IMG/VR virus record: IMGVR_UViG_3300022591_000012
Location: 1 to 54,453 of that record
Source of the DNA: a virus
Taxonomy: Duplodnaviria; Caudoviricetes
DNA length: 54,453 bases
Strand: one strand, 5' to 3'
The notes under the pieces are model-generated. The model was not told the DNA's origin. It did not search any database and was given only the letters and a program-made list of their open reading frames with translations. Positions 53,015 to 54,453 of this stretch are shown here, piece after piece; the stretch's first letter is position 1; each line of letters starts with the position of its first letter. Position numbers and translations under genes: made by a program.

Positions 53015-54453
53015 ACGCGCCCGCGCTATCTTTCGATGACATGGTTTCCCGATGGGTGAAGCGCGGCTACCCGCAAACGTCCTCCGAGGGCATCGCGGAC
53101 AACATGACCCGCGAATCCGGCGGAAAGTCCGGCAGCGTAGGCGACGGCGGAACATCCATTGGCCTGTTCCAGCATCACGCCACCCGCAAGGCGGAACTCG
53201 AAGCCTACGCCAAAGAGCGCGGCAAGCCCGTCACCGACCCGGATGTGCAGATCGACTTCGCTGATCGGGAGTTGCGGACGAAGTTTCCGATGCTCCAGAA
53301 GCAACTCGCGTCCGGCATGGATCGCGGCGCGGCCGAGGACAGCTTCAAGCGCATATTTGAGCGTCCCGCCTCCATCATGTGGCAGAACAAGCCGACGCTG
53401 GCGACGGACAAATACCGCTTTTCCGATTACGCGCTGAATGAGCACGCCAGGCGCAAGAACACCGATGTCGTCTATATGGCGCCGCAGGACTATCTTGACC
53501 TGTCGCCGGACCTGGAAAGCAAGCCGTTCGAATCCCCGGCGGGACGGTCGATAAAGGCTTCCGTGGACCGCGGCGACGAGATCGAATCCATCCCCACGAT
53601 GGCGATCAACGCCGGCAAGGTGACGGAGCAGGACGGCCGGCACCGGGCGCTGCTGGCGCAGGAGCATGGCATAGACGCCATCCCCGTGGCGATTACGCAG
53701 CCGCCCGGGGAAAAGCCCGCAGAGATTGAGGGCATGGGCGGCAAGATCGTGCCGCACGATTTCCCGTCGGCCAAGGATGTGCCGAAGTCGCTGCTGTCGC
53801 GCGTGGCGAGCGCGGTCAATCCGATCGGGCGGGCGGAAGCCGCGGAGCCGGCGCCGCGGGCCGATGGCCTTATCCGCGTTGACTATGACCCATTCGCGAA
53901 AAGTGCCGAGGCGACGAAAGCGGCGCCGCGGGCCGATGGCCTTATCCGCGTGGAGGGCGATCCGTTTGCAGATGAGAAGAAGGCCAAGCCGGACAACATG
54001 GTCGTGTCCGGGATCAAGGGCGTGGGGGCGGGCTTCGGCAAGACTGTGCTCGCAGGGCAGGAGTTGCTTGGTAAGGGGCTGGAAGCAGTTGGCGCACCGG
54101 AGACCGGCAAGTGGCTGGTGGACGACGCCCGCAAGGGCGTGGACAACCTCAATGCTACGATGGCGCCGGACAAAGCAGCGCATCCCATCGTTTCGACCAT
54201 TGGCGAAATCGGCGGGTCCATGGCGGTTCCGGGCGGGATCGCCGGGAAGATCGGCGGGAACGCGCTGAAAATGGGCGCCGTATCGGGCGCATTGAGCGGG
54301 GCGCTGACGCCAAGCGGCGGCGACGGGCACTTTGCCCTGGGCATGCGCAGCAAACAGCTCGCCAACATGGCGATCGGCCTCAATGACGTTTACGTATTGC
54401 AGTCGGCGAGTTCGAATCTGTTCCAGTTCCGCGAGCGCATCCTGAAAGGCATG
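53008..54453 (+). CDS. virion protein with phage tail-lysozyme domain and ParB-like domain, 3'-partial
   Basis: Open to window end (absent from ORF track); GIADNMTRESG...GDGGTSIGLFQH...FERP; EQDGRHRA...GIDAIPV. Confidence 0.8.
   Translation, partial: MPDAPALSFDDMVSRWVKRGYPQTSSEGIADNMTRESGGKSGSVGDGGTSIGLFQHHATRKAELEAYAKERGKPVTDPDVQIDFADRELRTKFPMLQKQLASGMDRGAAEDSFKRIFERPASIMWQNKPTLATDKYRFSDYALNEHARRKNTDVVYMAPQDYLDLSPDLESKPFESPAGRSIKASVDRGDEIESIPTMAINAGKVTEQDGRHRALLAQEHGIDAIPVAITQPPGEKPAEIEGMGGKIVPHDFPSAKDVPKSLLSRVASAVNPIGRAEAAEPAPRADGLIRVDYDPFAKSAEATKAAPRADGLIRVEGDPFADEKKAKPDNMVVSGIKGVGAGFGKTVLAGQELLGKGLEAVGAPETGKWLVDDARKGVDNLNATMAPDKAAHPIVSTIGEIGGSMAVPGGIAGKIGGNALKMGAVSGALSGALTPSGGDGHFALGMRSKQLANMAIGLNDVYVLQSASSNLFQFRERILKGM

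Larger units (their letters stand above)
1..54320. mobile_element. P22-like (podovirus-type) phage/prophage, partial
   Basis: Gene order terS-terL-portal-scaffold-coat-gp4-gp10-ejection proteins plus a phage replication module; att sites and integrase not seen. Confidence 0.95.

Overview
The window is almost entirely a GC-rich P22-like (podovirus-type) phage or prophage, probably from an alphaproteobacterium (inferred from composition and promoter style). Left to right: (1) a replication/modification module with an SF2 helicase, a DNA methyltransferase, a DnaB-like helicase, a DUF1376-like initiator with iteron-like repeats, a PAPS-reductase-family protein and an HNH-like protein; (2) two atypical tRNA-like RNAs; (3) about 12 kb of small early/accessory genes in divergent operons, many sharing one junction/RBS motif; (4) terminase small and large subunits, followed by about 5 kb of small genes that include a PrlF-like antitoxin fragment and an HslV/proteasome-like protein; (5) P22-like portal, scaffold, coat, a four-repeat decoration protein, a gp4-like adaptor and a gp10-like hub split over two genes; (6) ejection proteins, including a 2588-aa polyvalent protein (ParB-like, ART-like, JAB-like domains) and a lysozyme-bearing protein that runs off the right edge. 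The most notable signal is a small covarying RNA pseudoknot present in five late-gene leaders. Its second helix is mutually exclusive with a downstream helix that, in four copies, covers the RBS/start region, so it is a candidate translational switch. No integrase, lysis cassette, CRISPR array or reverse transcriptase was recognised. All family assignments come from motif recognition by eye, not from database searches.
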